This document shows, in pieces, positions 18,405 through 28,986 of a DNA stretch of 64,000 nt (within the stretch, counting starts at the first letter, position 1; each line of letters opens with the position of its first letter). A program made the translations under genes and the position numbers. Below the pieces are notes generated by a model, which made no database searches, was not told the DNA's origin, and saw only the letters and a program-made list of their open reading frames with translations. This stretch comes from Sumerlaeia bacterium (lineage in GTDB: Bacteria; Sumerlaeota; Sumerlaeia; SLMS01; JAHLLQ01): positions 32,001 to 96,000 of the forward strand of contig JAVJSW010000012.1 in NCBI GenBank assembly GCA_040219255.1, read 5' to 3'.

Positions 18405-20339
18405 CTAGTGAGTCCTCTTGAAGGATCGATCCAGTTCGTGCCGGCTGAGACAAATAATTGTCGGTCTTCCATGGGGACAAGTGAAGGATAGCCGCTCCGA
18501 CCTCATTTGGAGCAGTAATTCGTCCATTTCCTCGCGTGTCAGGCGCTGTCCGGCGCGGATCGAGCTATGACACGCGGCGCGAATCATCCATTTCTCCCGC
18601 AGGGCCTCCAGGTGGTCCGGCCCCAGCCGCGACGGATCCCCCGGCAGGTCGTCGTCCTCGAGCAAGTCCTGGATGACCTCGACCGCCTGGGAGGCGCTCA
18701 GGTCCCCCGGTACGGCATTGATGGCCCAGGTGGCGCCGCCGAAGGGTTCGAGTGCGAAGCCTGCGGGGGCGAGGGCTTGCGCCAGGGCCTCCATCGCCGC
18801 CGCCCGGTCCGGCGGCACGTCCAGCGTGGCGGGCACCAGGAGCGCCTGGGCGTGGCTGTCGTGCTCGACGCGCTGGAGTTGCAGATAGCGCAGGCGCTCG
18901 TGGGCGGCGTGCTGATCGACCAGGACGAGATCGGGCCCGTAGCGGACGACGAGAAAGGTTTCGTCGATCTGGCCGAGCGGTTCGGGGGCGTAGGGCCGGT
19001 CCCAGAAGCCGGTGGCTTCGGGTTGTTCGCCGGGGGCGGCGGCGGTGGGGGCGATGCGTTCGCGGCGCTGGCGGTCCTGCTCCGCCATTTTCCATTCCGA
19101 CTTGGCCAACTCAACGGTCAGGTCCGTTTGCACATCGCGGGCGCGCTTGCGGTCGAAGGCTTTGGCCACGAGCGCTTCCGGGGACTGGAAGAAGGCGGGC
19201 TGGTAAGAAGGGCCCGGCGGCGCCGGGCGGGGCGCGGTAGAGTTCGGCGGCGGGGATTCGGGCGACTGGCCTTCGGGTTGGGGGGCGGCCGGAGCGGGGG
19301 CGGAGGCGCCGCTCCGGCCGGCCAGGTGCATTTCCGGCACGAAGCCCGCGCCCTCCAGCGCGATGCGGGCGGCGTGATAGGCGGCGCTGGCCACCGCGCG
19401 CTCGTTTCGGAAACGCACTTCTTCCTTGGTCGGATGGACGTTGATGTCCACTTCGGCAGGGTCGAGTTCGATGAAGAGGCAGAAGATCGGAAAGCGGCCG
19501 ATCATAATGAAGCCCCGGCATGCCTGCTCGATGGCGGCCGTGATGGGGCGGGACGAAAAGGGACGGCCGTTGACGAAAAGGTACTCGCAGCGGCGGTCGT
19601 GACGGCTGCTGAGGGGTTGGGCGAGATAGCCGAAGACGTGCTGACCGCCGCGGTCCCGGTCCTGAAGGTAGTCGAGTTCCAGAAGTCCGTGCTCGATGCG
19701 CGATCCCATCAGGGCGAGGAATCGATCGGCCAGCGACTGGCCGCTCGGGAAGTCCATGTCCACCCGGTCGTTGCGGAGGAATTTGATCCCCACCGGCCAG
19801 GCGGCGAGAGCCTGGCGGGTCAGCATGGTGGCGACGGCGTTGGCTTCGCCGGTGGAGGATTTGAGGAACTTCTTGCGCGCCGGGGTGTTGAAGAACAGAT
19901 CGCGGATGGCGATGCGGGTTCCGGCGGGACAGCCCACGCTCTCCATGCGGTCGATGAGGCCGCCCTCGACGGCGACAAGGCTGCCGGAGAGGTCCTCGCG
20001 GCGACGGGTGCGGATTTCCATGCGGCTGACGGCGGCGATGGAGGCCAGCGCCTCTCCGCGAAAGCCCCGCGTCATCAGGTGGAAGAGGTCGTCGGTGGTG
20101 CGGATTTTCGAGGTCGCGTGGCGCTGGAGACAGAGTTCCGCGTCCTCGCGATCCATACCGCAGCCGTCGTCGCTGACGACCAGGTCCAGGGCGTCGCCGC
20201 TCAACTCGACGGTGATGTTGCGGGCACCGGCGTCGATGGCGTTCTCGACCAATTCCTTGACGACGCTGGCCATGTTGACCACGACTTCGCCAGCGGCAAT
20301 CTGATTGATCAGCGTTTGCGGCAGGACTTGAATAGGCAT
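18405..20339 (-). CDS. mutL: DNA mismatch repair endonuclease MutL
   Basis: NQIAAGEVV, VKELVENAIDA, HATSKI, GFRGEALASI, DINVHPTK, DQHAAHER, ACH, CPHGRP. Confidence 0.97.
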   Translation of the reverse strand: MPIQVLPQTLINQIAAGEVVVNMASVVKELVENAIDAGARNITVELSGDALDLVVSDDGCGMDREDAELCLQRHATSKIRTTDDLFHLMTRGFRGEALASIAAVSRMEIRTRRREDLSGSLVAVEGGLIDRMESVGCPAGTRIAIRDLFFNTPARKKFLKSSTGEANAVATMLTRQALAAWPVGIKFLRNDRVDMDFPSGQSLADRFLALMGSRIEHGLLELDYLQDRDRGGQHVFGYLAQPLSSRHDRRCEYLFVNGRPFSSRPITAAIEQACRGFIMIGRFPIFCLFIELDPAEVDINVHPTKEEVRFRNERAVASAAYHAARIALEGAGFVPEMHLAGRSGASAPAPAAPQPEGQSPESPPPNSTAPRPAPPGPSYQPAFFQSPEALVAKAFDRKRARDVQTDLTVELAKSEWKMAEQDRQRRERIAPTAAAPGEQPEATGFWDRPYAPEPLGQIDETFLVVRYGPDLVLVDQHAAHERLRYLQLQRVEHDSHAQALLVPATLDVPPDRAAAMEALAQALAPAGFALEPFGGATWAINAVPGDLSASQAVEVIQDLLEDDDLPGDPSRLGPDHLEALREKWMIRAACHSSIRAGQRLTREEMDELLLQMRSERLSFTCPHGRPTIICLSRHELDRSFKRTH

Positions 20340-20419
20340 GGTTCTGGCGCTTTCCGCTCCGTATAGATTCCGTTCCCCGGGCGGCTGAACGTCCGACCGA
20401 TTCCCTTCGGCAGGCAAGC

Positions 20420-20953
20420 ATGAAACGCGCTCTTATCCTGTTTCTCTTCGTTCCCTTCATCCTCCTCGGTTCGTTGCCCATGGGCGGCTGCGCCGAAGGC
20501 CAGGTCATCCTTCCCGACCCGGCGGGCAGTCCCTTCGCCCCCGGCGTGGCGGCGGAGGACGCCCCCACCACGGTGGTGCTGGCAAGGAAAGCTCTGATCA
20601 CCGCCCCCGACCTTCATGAACTGATGGAGGAGGTCAACAAGGCTCACAAAGCGGCCAGCGGCAAAGACCGCTTCCGGGCGCGAGAAGCCATCGATAAACT
20701 GGAAGCCTACGCCCACGTGGCCAGCCTCGACGCCTACGTGGCCAACGCCCGGGAGTACGCCCCGGAAGGCATGAGCGAGGCCGACTTCGCCGAGCGCTAT
20801 GCCGAGCTGAACCACGCCATGCTGCGGGCAGTGGTGCGCACGCGGCAGGCCTTCGACAGCGATGCCAGCCGGCGCGACATCATGCTCGCTCTTCGCGAGC
20901 AGAACAAGACCTGCATCACGTGCCACAAGGAACTGAGGGTCGAGGAGCACTGA
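20420..20953 (+). CDS. Exported c-type cytochrome (class II, cytochrome c'-like), possible lipoprotein
   Basis: Signal peptide with GGC; helical body; single C-terminal CITCH heme-binding motif. Confidence 0.65.
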   Translation: MKRALILFLFVPFILLGSLPMGGCAEGQVILPDPAGSPFAPGVAAEDAPTTVVLARKALITAPDLHELMEEVNKAHKAASGKDRFRAREAIDKLEAYAHVASLDAYVANAREYAPEGMSEADFAERYAELNHAMLRAVVRTRQAFDSDASRRDIMLALREQNKTCITCHKELRVEEH

Positions 20954-21016
20954 AGCCCGGGTATGGCACTGAAGCCCAGCTTGACCGATTTCCCGTCCTT
21001 CACCTAAGGTTTTTCG

Positions 21017-21292
21017 ATGAAACGCATGGCCCGCGATCCCCTCATGTCCTGGAAAGGCTACCTGCTGGCCAACGCCGCCGTGTGGGTGCTGACGATCGCG
21101 GTGTATGCGATGGTCAGCCGGGGAATGCTGAGCAGCGTGGGGCCGCACATCGACCGGCTCGGTTCCCGGGGGATGCTGCTGTTCATTCCGGCGGCGTTCC
21201 TGTTCGCCTCGGTCTTCGATTACCTGTTCGACCGCCTGGCGGTGCGAAAGAAGAGCGATCCGGACAAGCCCTCCGCCGCCCATGATGGATGA
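21017..21292 (+). CDS. Small two-TM membrane protein
   Basis: Two hydrophobic segments; overlaps the downstream kinase start. Confidence 0.6.
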   Translation: MKRMARDPLMSWKGYLLANAAVWVLTIAVYAMVSRGMLSSVGPHIDRLGSRGMLLFIPAAFLFASVFDYLFDRLAVRKKSDPDKPSAAHDG

Positions 21293-22973
21293 TATTCCCC
21301 GTTTTCCCCAGGCCCCGCCCGAAGACCAGGACCGGACCACCCGGGAAGAATTGCGGCGCATCAAGCGCGTCGAGAGCCGGGAAGTCCGGCTGATCGTTTC
21401 CATCCCGGCGCTGCTGTTCTTGATGACTTTGACCGGGTCGATCGTCAGCCACATTTATTTTCTGCGCATCTCGGAGCATTTCCCTTCCGCCGAAGCGCGC
21501 GAGTTCTTCGAGCAACAGGCCACCGTGGTGCTGTTGATCGGCGGCACCTTTTCCATCATCTCGGGGATCGTGGGGGTGGCGCTGGCCTGGACGATCGTGC
21601 ATCCGCTGCGCGACATGATCCGCACCATGACGCGGGCGGCGCAGGGCGAACTGGCCCCGATCCGCAACGTTCCGCGCACGGGCGAACTGTTCGCCCTCGG
21701 CTCGACTTTCAACCGAATGATCCACCAGTTGCAGGACCTTTTCGAAGAGCGCGACCGCCAGATGCGCGAATCGGCCAAAGGCACCATCCTGTCGCTCAAC
21801 AGCACCGGTGCGGTCATGGCCGCCGATTCTTCCCTGCGGCGGGTCCTCGGCCTCGCGAGCGCCGATCTGCTGGGCAAACCGCTTGTGGAGATGCTGGAGA
21901 AGCAGTCCTCCTCGCGTCTGAACAACGTCTTTCTGCGGGAGCTTGCGAAGTGCATCACCGCCGCCCTGGACGGCCGCACCGCCACCTGTTCGTCGGAATT
22001 CTGGCGCGGCAAGGAAGACGAACCGGTGCTCCTCTCGATCAGCGCCATGCCGCTGGAGTGCAGTTCGCCGTCGGACCCGGTGTGCCTGCTGGACGTGCGG
22101 GACCTGTCGGGCATGCGCAGCTTTCATGAGCAAATGCAGCGGGCCGACCGGCTGGCGGCGGTCGGTACGCTGGCCACGGGAATCGCGCACGAAATCCGCA
22201 ATCCGCTGGCGTCCATCCGCGGCATGGCACAACTGATGGCGCTCGACATTCCGAAAGCGGAACCGGGCGAGGAAGACAAGACCCCCCCGCCCGGCAGCCC
22301 CAGCGCCGATTACCTGGATCGCATCCAGAAGGAGGTGGACCGGTTGGAGAAGCTCGTCGCGAGCATTATGGATTTCGCCCATCCAGAGGGTGTGGACCTC
22401 CATCCGGTGGACCTGAACCGCCTCCTGCGAGAGGCTTTCGAAGCAGCCTTTCATCGCGTGGCGATCCCGCACCATATCGAACTCGACATCGACTGGGACC
22501 TGGACGAGGACCTGCCCGAGTGCGTGGTGGAGGAATCGCGTCTCCATCAGGCCTTGCTGAATCTGGCGGTCAACGCGCTGGAAGCGATCCGCGACCACGG
22601 GGGCGTGATCCGGCTGTGCAGCCGGGTGGCGAAGTCGGGTACGCGGCCCGTTTGCCTGAGCATCAGCAATACCGGCTGGCCCATCCCGCGGGAAACGCGC
22701 GAGCGCCTCTTCGAACCTTTCTTCACGACCAAGCCGGAGGGCACGGGCCTCGGCCTGCCCATCGCCTATCAGATCGTCGTGGCGAACAATGGGCTTCTGG
22801 AACTGTCTTGCGAAGAGGGCATGGTGACCTTTCAAATCCGGTTTCCCATTCAAGGCCGGTTGGCCACCGGCCTCGTCGGCAGGCCTTCCTTCGACCCGCC
22901 GCCGTCCGGCCTCGCGAGGGCCTCGACGGGAGGGATCGCCCGCCCCGCACCGGGGGACCCCCCGGCCAATTAG
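21282..22973 (+). CDS. Membrane sensor histidine kinase (TM-HAMP-PAS-HisKA-HATPase, NtrB/PilS-like)
   Basis: GIAHEIRNPL H-box, NLAVNALEA, FEPFFTTK, GTGLGL; HAMP 'GEL..LG..FNRM'. Confidence 0.92.
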   Translation: MMDDIPRFPQAPPEDQDRTTREELRRIKRVESREVRLIVSIPALLFLMTLTGSIVSHIYFLRISEHFPSAEAREFFEQQATVVLLIGGTFSIISGIVGVALAWTIVHPLRDMIRTMTRAAQGELAPIRNVPRTGELFALGSTFNRMIHQLQDLFEERDRQMRESAKGTILSLNSTGAVMAADSSLRRVLGLASADLLGKPLVEMLEKQSSSRLNNVFLRELAKCITAALDGRTATCSSEFWRGKEDEPVLLSISAMPLECSSPSDPVCLLDVRDLSGMRSFHEQMQRADRLAAVGTLATGIAHEIRNPLASIRGMAQLMALDIPKAEPGEEDKTPPPGSPSADYLDRIQKEVDRLEKLVASIMDFAHPEGVDLHPVDLNRLLREAFEAAFHRVAIPHHIELDIDWDLDEDLPECVVEESRLHQALLNLAVNALEAIRDHGGVIRLCSRVAKSGTRPVCLSISNTGWPIPRETRERLFEPFFTTKPEGTGLGLPIAYQIVVANNGLLELSCEEGMVTFQIRFPIQGRLATGLVGRPSFDPPPSGLARASTGGIARPAPGDPPAN

Positions 22974-23065
22974 GATTGGACCCCACCGTTTTTCCCCCTC
23001 TTCGACGCATCATTGGTCCTTGACCTACTTCCTGGGATCTCGGCCCATGCTATTTCGATTTCTGA

Positions 23066-23857
23066 ATGGACGAGCCGGAATCCGTGTCGCCACCCGCCGA
23101 GAGCCCATCGCTGCCGCTATCGACTCGCCCGCGCCCCTGCGGCGCTGGGCGGGCTCGCGTGGCGGTGCTGGGCCGGGACGCGGGCATCGAGAAAGGCCGG
23201 CCTTTGGCTCCCCAGTTGGCCGCCGCCCTGGCCCCCGCCTGTCCAAAACACATCGCACTTCTGAAACAGGTTCACGGCACAGCGCTTCATGACGCGGCCA
23301 ACGCCCTCGCCGCGGGCGAGAAGCTCCTGGAGGGCGATGGCCTCGTGACGCGCGAAGCCGGCGCGGCGGTCTGTGTGCGCACGGCCGATTGCGTGCCGTT
23401 GATCCTGACTTCGACAAAAGCGCCCTTTCTGGCGGCGATCCATTCCGGCTGGCGCGGAACGCTGGCGGCAATTCTGCCGCGCGCCATCGCGCTGGCGGGC
23501 GCCGCCGGCCACAGCCCGTCGGACCTCCACCTCTGGATCGGGCCCTGCATCCGGGGCGATGTGTACGAAGTCTCCGAGGACCTGGCGGCCGAGTTTACGG
23601 CGCGTTTTGGCGCGGACTCGGGCGTCGTGCGCGGGCGGTTGCTCAACCTGGCGCGGGCGAATCGCCTCTGGGCCGAGCGCGGCGGCCTCCCGGCGAACCA
23701 GGTCGAGGACTGTGGGCTCTGTACCTACAAGGATCATCGGAGCTGGCCGTCGTTCCGCCGGGACGGAGCGACGGGCGAATCGATTTACACCGTGGCCTGG
23801 ATCGAGCGGCAAGCCTTCGCTTCTGGTCTTGACCGCACCCGGCGGATCGGCGGCTGA
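23066..23857 (+). CDS. pgeF: Peptidoglycan editing factor / purine nucleoside phosphorylase (YfiH family)
   Basis: QVHG, TADCVP, HSGWRG, IGPCI, CT....SFRR motifs. Confidence 0.9.
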   Translation: MDEPESVSPPAESPSLPLSTRPRPCGAGRARVAVLGRDAGIEKGRPLAPQLAAALAPACPKHIALLKQVHGTALHDAANALAAGEKLLEGDGLVTREAGAAVCVRTADCVPLILTSTKAPFLAAIHSGWRGTLAAILPRAIALAGAAGHSPSDLHLWIGPCIRGDVYEVSEDLAAEFTARFGADSGVVRGRLLNLARANRLWAERGGLPANQVEDCGLCTYKDHRSWPSFRRDGATGESIYTVAWIERQAFASGLDRTRRIGG

Positions 23858-23863
23858 TAGCTT

Positions 23864-25183
23864 ATGAATCCGGTCAGTTCCACAACGCCCGTCCAGGCCA
23901 TTGGCCGCTACGACACCAGCCAGCCGATCACGGCGGTGTCGATGGATGGCAACACGGTGGCGGCCGCGGTGGTTTCCCTGGATCAGGATGGAACGCCCCG
24001 GATCCACGCGGTGAAAATCTATGAGCACCGGCGTCTCCTCCAGAAAATCCAGCGCGTCGTCCATCCCATCTTCATGGACATTTCGGCGCTGGAATACGGG
24101 TCGGAGGAGGAAGTCGCCGACGCGCTGGGCCATGTGCTCGGCGAACCCGCCTTTCATCATCCCCTGGTGGGGGTCTTCCCGCACGAGATGGTGATGCACG
24201 TGCACTCCCGCGGCGGGGATTTCAGTAGCGGCGAAGTCAAACTCTTCGAGTCCACCGCCAAGTTTCTGGAGGGCGTCCTGCCGGGCGCCCCGCCCAATTA
24301 TCCGCGGCTCCTGTCCTACGGCAACGACCACGGGAGGCGGGGATATCCGGGGTGGCTGTGGAGCGCCAACCTGGACGATCTGCTGGATACGATGGACTGC
24401 TTCGTGCGCAATCCGATCCAGGAACCGCTCTTTGGCGTGATCACCAGCGACCGCGCCATGGCCGAGGTTTACCCCTGGATCGTCCCCGAGACTACGGATC
24501 GGATCGTGACCCTGGCGGATGTGGGCAAGTTGCGCACGATCTACTGCAGCAGCCTGACCCCAAGCCCCATGCACGCCTGGCAAAACCTGTACTGCCACAC
24601 CATCCCGGTCGGTCTGGCCCGCGATGGGGCCTACTATTACGGCACCTTCCTGCCCATCATGGAAGACCTGGAGGACCTCTCGCACCAGAGCGGGACCCTG
24701 CTTTTCCCGCCGGACGTGACGCCCTCGCCCATTTTCAACCCGACGATTTCCACACCCCAGACCGACTGCACCCGCTTCGCCATGCAGGTCTCCCGCTATG
24801 CCTGGCGCCTGATTGAGTCATCGGGCTTCGGCGAATCGGCCCCCGATTCGATCTGGATTTACCTGACCGGTCTGGCGCGCCATCTGCCGGGCCTGGCCCG
24901 CTATGTGGAGGGCAAGACAGGGGTGACGGTGCGAACGCTGGAGGAAGCCTCGGAGACAAGTCGCTTGCGGCTCGACGAGGGCGTCACCTGGCGCTCCGTC
25001 GCGGACGCCCTTCCCGCCGTGGGGGCGGGCATCGCTTTCCATCGCCGGGGAACTTCGCGCTATGGGGCTTTCCTGCGCGACATGCCGCTAAGGCGGCTGG
25101 GCTCGGTACCGATCGGAACGGCCTTCGAAACGCCGGCGGCCTACATCGTGGATCAACCGCTGGAAAGTTTGGAAGAAGCCTGA
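23864..25183 (+). CDS. Hypothetical protein, distant PilM/FtsA-like actin fold
   Basis: 'TAVSMDGNTVAAAVV' N-terminal strand and C-terminal 'IYLTGLARHLPGLARYVEGKTGVTV...AVGAG' resemble PilM. Confidence 0.5.
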   Translation: MNPVSSTTPVQAIGRYDTSQPITAVSMDGNTVAAAVVSLDQDGTPRIHAVKIYEHRRLLQKIQRVVHPIFMDISALEYGSEEEVADALGHVLGEPAFHHPLVGVFPHEMVMHVHSRGGDFSSGEVKLFESTAKFLEGVLPGAPPNYPRLLSYGNDHGRRGYPGWLWSANLDDLLDTMDCFVRNPIQEPLFGVITSDRAMAEVYPWIVPETTDRIVTLADVGKLRTIYCSSLTPSPMHAWQNLYCHTIPVGLARDGAYYYGTFLPIMEDLEDLSHQSGTLLFPPDVTPSPIFNPTISTPQTDCTRFAMQVSRYAWRLIESSGFGESAPDSIWIYLTGLARHLPGLARYVEGKTGVTVRTLEEASETSRLRLDEGVTWRSVADALPAVGAGIAFHRRGTSRYGAFLRDMPLRRLGSVPIGTAFETPAAYIVDQPLESLEEA

Positions 25184-25420
25184 CGGCCCCCACTTTCTCC
25201 GGAATTTCGCCCCGCCCTTCGCCCCTTTCACCTTGACCTAACGCGCCTAAAATCGAGAGTTGGGAGGTAGAGCACGCCTCTCCTTCGAGCCCCGGCCATG
25301 GCCGAGCGTTCCGCGCTTGTCACGGCCCTTGCTTTCCATGAGAGGCACGAGAGGGATTCGAAGCGCTCCGGCGCCTTTGCACCGCTCTCAGACTCACTGG
25401 CAACGGGACGCCTCGATCGC

Positions 25421-27472
25421 ATGAACAGTATCAAATCCATCGCCCTCTGGGTCGTCATTTTCTTGGCGTGCATCCTCCTTGCCGTTAAGATGGTGGACCG
25501 CCGCAAGCCTTTGGAAATGAACATTACAGAGTTCCTCCAGGTGGCGGCGTTGAACGCCGAACAGGGAGATGACGGGCAGATCAAGGGCAACGCCGCCTTC
25601 AAGGGCGTCGTGACCGATAAGGGCGGCAAGATTCAAGGTACCCTCGCCAAGGGCGAAGGCGTGGTCTACCCCGCCTCTGTGCAGAATCGTCTCAGCGAAT
25701 ACGCCACCAACGGTGCGGAAACGCCGGAAGGCGTCTTTTTTGAGACCGAATACCACGACCTCCAGTCCGAGTTCATCCTGCAGAGAATGGCCGCGGCGGG
25801 AGTTTTCGACTACAAGGCGTCGCGCCAGTCGACCTTCGTGACCCAATTCCTGATCTCTCTCATGCTGCCGATCCTGCTCATCGTGGCGCTCTGGCTTTTC
25901 TTCCTGCGCCAGGTGCAGAGCAGCGGCAACAAGGCCATGTCCTTCGGCAAGTCCCGCGCCAAGCTCATCAGCGAAGGCCAGGTCAAAGTGACCTTCGACG
26001 ATGTGGCCGGTGTGGAAGAGGCCAAGGACGAACTGCGGGAAATCGTCGATTTCCTCAAAGACCCGAAGAAATACAGCCGTCTCGGCGGCCGCATTCCCAA
26101 GGGCGTTCTCCTCTACGGCCCTCCCGGAACCGGCAAGACGCTGCTGGCCAAGGCCGTGGCGGGCGAGGCGAACGTGCCGTTCTACTCGATTTCCGGCTCG
26201 GACTTTGTGGAAATGTTTGTCGGCGTGGGCGCCAGCCGCGTCCGCGATCTGTTCGAGCAAGCCAAGCGCAGTAAGCCCTGCCTGATCTTCATCGATGAAA
26301 TCGACGCCGTGGGCCGGAGCCGCTTCGCCGGGATCGGCGGCGGGCACGACGAGCGCGAGCAGACGCTGAACCAACTTCTAGTGGAAATGGATGGTTTTTC
26401 GACAAACGAAGGCGTGATCCTGGTGGCGGCGACGAACCGCCCCGACGTACTGGATCAGGCGCTGCTGCGCCCCGGCCGTTTCGACCGCCAGATCGCCGTC
26501 GATTTCCCCGATGTGCAAGGCCGCGAGAAGATCCTCAAGGTCCACGCGAAGAACGTGAAGTTGGGGGGCAAAGCCGACATCGCTAGCCTCGCCAAGGGCA
26601 CGCCGGGCTTTAGCGGCGCCGACCTCGCCAATATCGTCAACGAAGCGGCCCTGCTGGCCGCCCGCGCCAACAAGTCGGAAATCGAGCAGAAAGACCTGGA
26701 AGAAGCCAAGGACCGCGTGATGATGGGGCCCGAACGCCGCAGCATGCGCATCAGCGACGATGAAAAGCGCGCCACCGCGATCCACGAAGCGGGCCACGCC
26801 ATCTGCTCGCACTTCACCGAAGGCGCCGACCCGGTCCATAAAATCACCATCATCCCGCGCGGTCGCAGCCTGGGCCTGACCAGCTTTCTGCCGGTGGAGG
26901 AAAAGCACAGCCGGACGAAGAGCGACCTGAAGGCCATGATGGTCTCGGCGCTTGGCGGCCTCGCCTCGGAACGCATCGTCTTTGGCGAGAACGGCACAGG
27001 CGTCGGCAACGACCTGCAGCGCATCACGCAAGTCGCCCGCCGCATGGTCTGCGAGTTCGGCATGAGCGACCGCCTCGGCCCCCGCACCTTTGGGGAGACC
27101 CGCAGCCAACTCTTCGTCGGCCGCGACATGAACACCGACTCGCGCGACTACAGCGAGGAAATCGCCAAGGTCATCGACGACGAAGTGAAGGAATTGATCG
27201 ACGAAGCTTACGACCGGGCCATGGCGATCCTGACGGAGCGGCGCGAGTTGCTCGACCGGGTGACGGGTGCCCTGATGGAGCGCGAGACGATCGGCCAGGA
27301 CGAGTTCGAAGCCCTCGCCCGTGGCGAGGTGCTGGAGCCGCTGTTCACCGGCGACTCGGGCGATGGCGGCACGCCTGTGGACGCGGACAAGGAAGCGGAG
27401 CCGGAAAAGAAGCGGGTACGCCCGCCCCGTATCGGCGATCTGCTGGACAACCCCAGTCCGACCCAGGCCTGA
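25421..27472 (+). CDS. ftsH: ATP-dependent zinc metalloprotease FtsH
   Basis: Two TMs, [42 protein letters not shown]; start [10 protein letters not shown]. Confidence 0.98.
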   Translation: MNSIKSIALWVVIFLACILLAVKMVDRRKPLEMNITEFLQVAALNAEQGDDGQIKGNAAFKGVVTDKGGKIQGTLAKGEGVVYPASVQNRLSEYATNGAETPEGVFFETEYHDLQSEFILQRMAAAGVFDYKASRQSTFVTQFLISLMLPILLIVALWLFFLRQVQSSGNKAMSFGKSRAKLISEGQVKVTFDDVAGVEEAKDELREIVDFLKDPKKYSRLGGRIPKGVLLYGPPGTGKTLLAKAVAGEANVPFYSISGSDFVEMFVGVGASRVRDLFEQAKRSKPCLIFIDEIDAVGRSRFAGIGGGHDEREQTLNQLLVEMDGFSTNEGVILVAATNRPDVLDQALLRPGRFDRQIAVDFPDVQGREKILKVHAKNVKLGGKADIASLAKGTPGFSGADLANIVNEAALLAARANKSEIEQKDLEEAKDRVMMGPERRSMRISDDEKRATAIHEAGHAICSHFTEGADPVHKITIIPRGRSLGLTSFLPVEEKHSRTKSDLKAMMVSALGGLASERIVFGENGTGVGNDLQRITQVARRMVCEFGMSDRLGPRTFGETRSQLFVGRDMNTDSRDYSEEIAKVIDDEVKELIDEAYDRAMAILTERRELLDRVTGALMERETIGQDEFEALARGEVLEPLFTGDSGDGGTPVDADKEAEPEKKRVRPPRIGDLLDNPSPTQA

Positions 27473-27491
27473 CCGGCCCGCGTAAGAAATC

Positions 27492-27526
27492 AAGCCCCGT
27501 CGGCCATTCGCTCTGACGGGGCTTTT
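27492..27526 (+). terminator. Rho-independent terminator after ftsH
   Basis: AAGCCCCGTC...GACGGGGCTT followed by a T-tract. Confidence 0.75.
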
Positions 27527-27588
27527 GATTTGCCCTCGAAGTTTTTCTCCCCCATCCTCCCGCGGACTTCCCCGACGAGACCTCTTCC

Positions 27589-28947
27589 ATGGCCGAGCAC
27601 CCGCCCAATGACAATGACTGGACCATCCCTCAGGGACCGATCAAGCCGTCTCAGCCAAAAGATGAGTCCAATGCGGACGCGTTGACGCCGCCCTCGGCGC
27701 GCAAATCCCGCCTGCACCTGCCCAAGGCCCAGCCCCAGACGCAGCAGGCGCCTCCGGTCCCGGCGGCCGCTCCCCACCCGGCCCAGGCCGCGCCCCGCCA
27801 GGCTCCGCCCTCCGCGCCCCCGGCCCAGCCCGCACCGCCAACCCAGCCGGCCCCGACGCAAGCCCAGCAACCGGAAGTCTCCGCTCCCCAGCCCCGGCGC
27901 ATCAGCCTCCGCCAACTCCTCCGGGAGGCGGTCGAGCGCGGCGCCAGCGACCTGCACCTGACCCGGGGCATCCCGCCGATGCTGCGGCTGGACGGCTATC
28001 TGGTGCCGCTCGACTACCCGGCGCTCCAGAAGGAGCACATCGAGAAGCTGGTGATGGGCGCGTTGACCGACATCCAAAAGGAAAAGTTCGAGAAGAATTG
28101 GGAGCTGGACCTGTCACTCGAATTTCCCGACGCCGGGCGGTTCCGCGTGAACATCCATCGCCAGCGCGGCGGCACGGAGGCGGCCTTTCGCGTGGTGAAC
28201 GAGGAAATCCAATCGATCCGGCGCCTCGGTCTGCCCGGCGTGGTCGAGGAAATCGCCCGGAAACATGTCGGTCTGAACATCGTCACGGGCCCGACCGGTT
28301 CGGGCAAGAGCACCTCCCTCGCGGCCATCGTCGATCAAATCAACAACGAGCGCCAGTGCATGGTGATCACCATCGAGGACCCGATCGAATACGTTCACAA
28401 GAACCGCCGCTCGATCATCAAGCAGCGCGAACTCAACAGCGACACCTTATCGTTCTCGAACGCGCTGCGGCACGTGCTGCGGCAAGACCCGGACGTCATC
28501 GTGGTGGGCGAAATGCGCGACCTGGAAACGATCCGCACGGCCTTGATGGCGGCTGAGACGGGGCACCTGGTCTTCACGACGCTGCACACGCCGGACGCGA
28601 CGCAGACGATGGACCGCATCATCGACGTGTTCCCGCCCAATCAGCAGGAACAAACCCGCATCCAGGTTTCGAGCACGCTGATTTCCGTGATGGCGCAACA
28701 GCTCATTCCCGTGCCGGGAAACCGCGGCCGGGTCGTGGCCTGCGAGATCCTGATCGCCAACAACGCGGTCCGCAAAATCATCCGCACGGGCAAGACCGAG
28801 CAGCTTTACACCGTGATGCAAACCTCGTGGGATCAGGGCATGATCACGATGGACAAGTCCTTGAAAACCCTCTATCAACAGGGTCTGATCAGCTACGAGG
28901 ATGCCATCACCCGCTGCAAATACCCCAGCGAGTTCGAGCAGATCTAG
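27589..28947 (+). CDS. pilT: Type IV pilus retraction ATPase PilT/PilU family, with Pro/Ala/Gln-rich N-terminus
   Basis: ASDLHL, GRFRVN, GPTGSGKST, TIEDPIEY, LRQDPDVIVVGEMRD, AETGHLV..TLHT, GMITMD. Confidence 0.92.
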   Translation: MAEHPPNDNDWTIPQGPIKPSQPKDESNADALTPPSARKSRLHLPKAQPQTQQAPPVPAAAPHPAQAAPRQAPPSAPPAQPAPPTQPAPTQAQQPEVSAPQPRRISLRQLLREAVERGASDLHLTRGIPPMLRLDGYLVPLDYPALQKEHIEKLVMGALTDIQKEKFEKNWELDLSLEFPDAGRFRVNIHRQRGGTEAAFRVVNEEIQSIRRLGLPGVVEEIARKHVGLNIVTGPTGSGKSTSLAAIVDQINNERQCMVITIEDPIEYVHKNRRSIIKQRELNSDTLSFSNALRHVLRQDPDVIVVGEMRDLETIRTALMAAETGHLVFTTLHTPDATQTMDRIIDVFPPNQQEQTRIQVSSTLISVMAQQLIPVPGNRGRVVACEILIANNAVRKIIRTGKTEQLYTVMQTSWDQGMITMDKSLKTLYQQGLISYEDAITRCKYPSEFEQI

Positions 28948-28986
28948 CCCGCACCGGCAGCGAAAGAACCTTGTCCTTCCAGAAAG

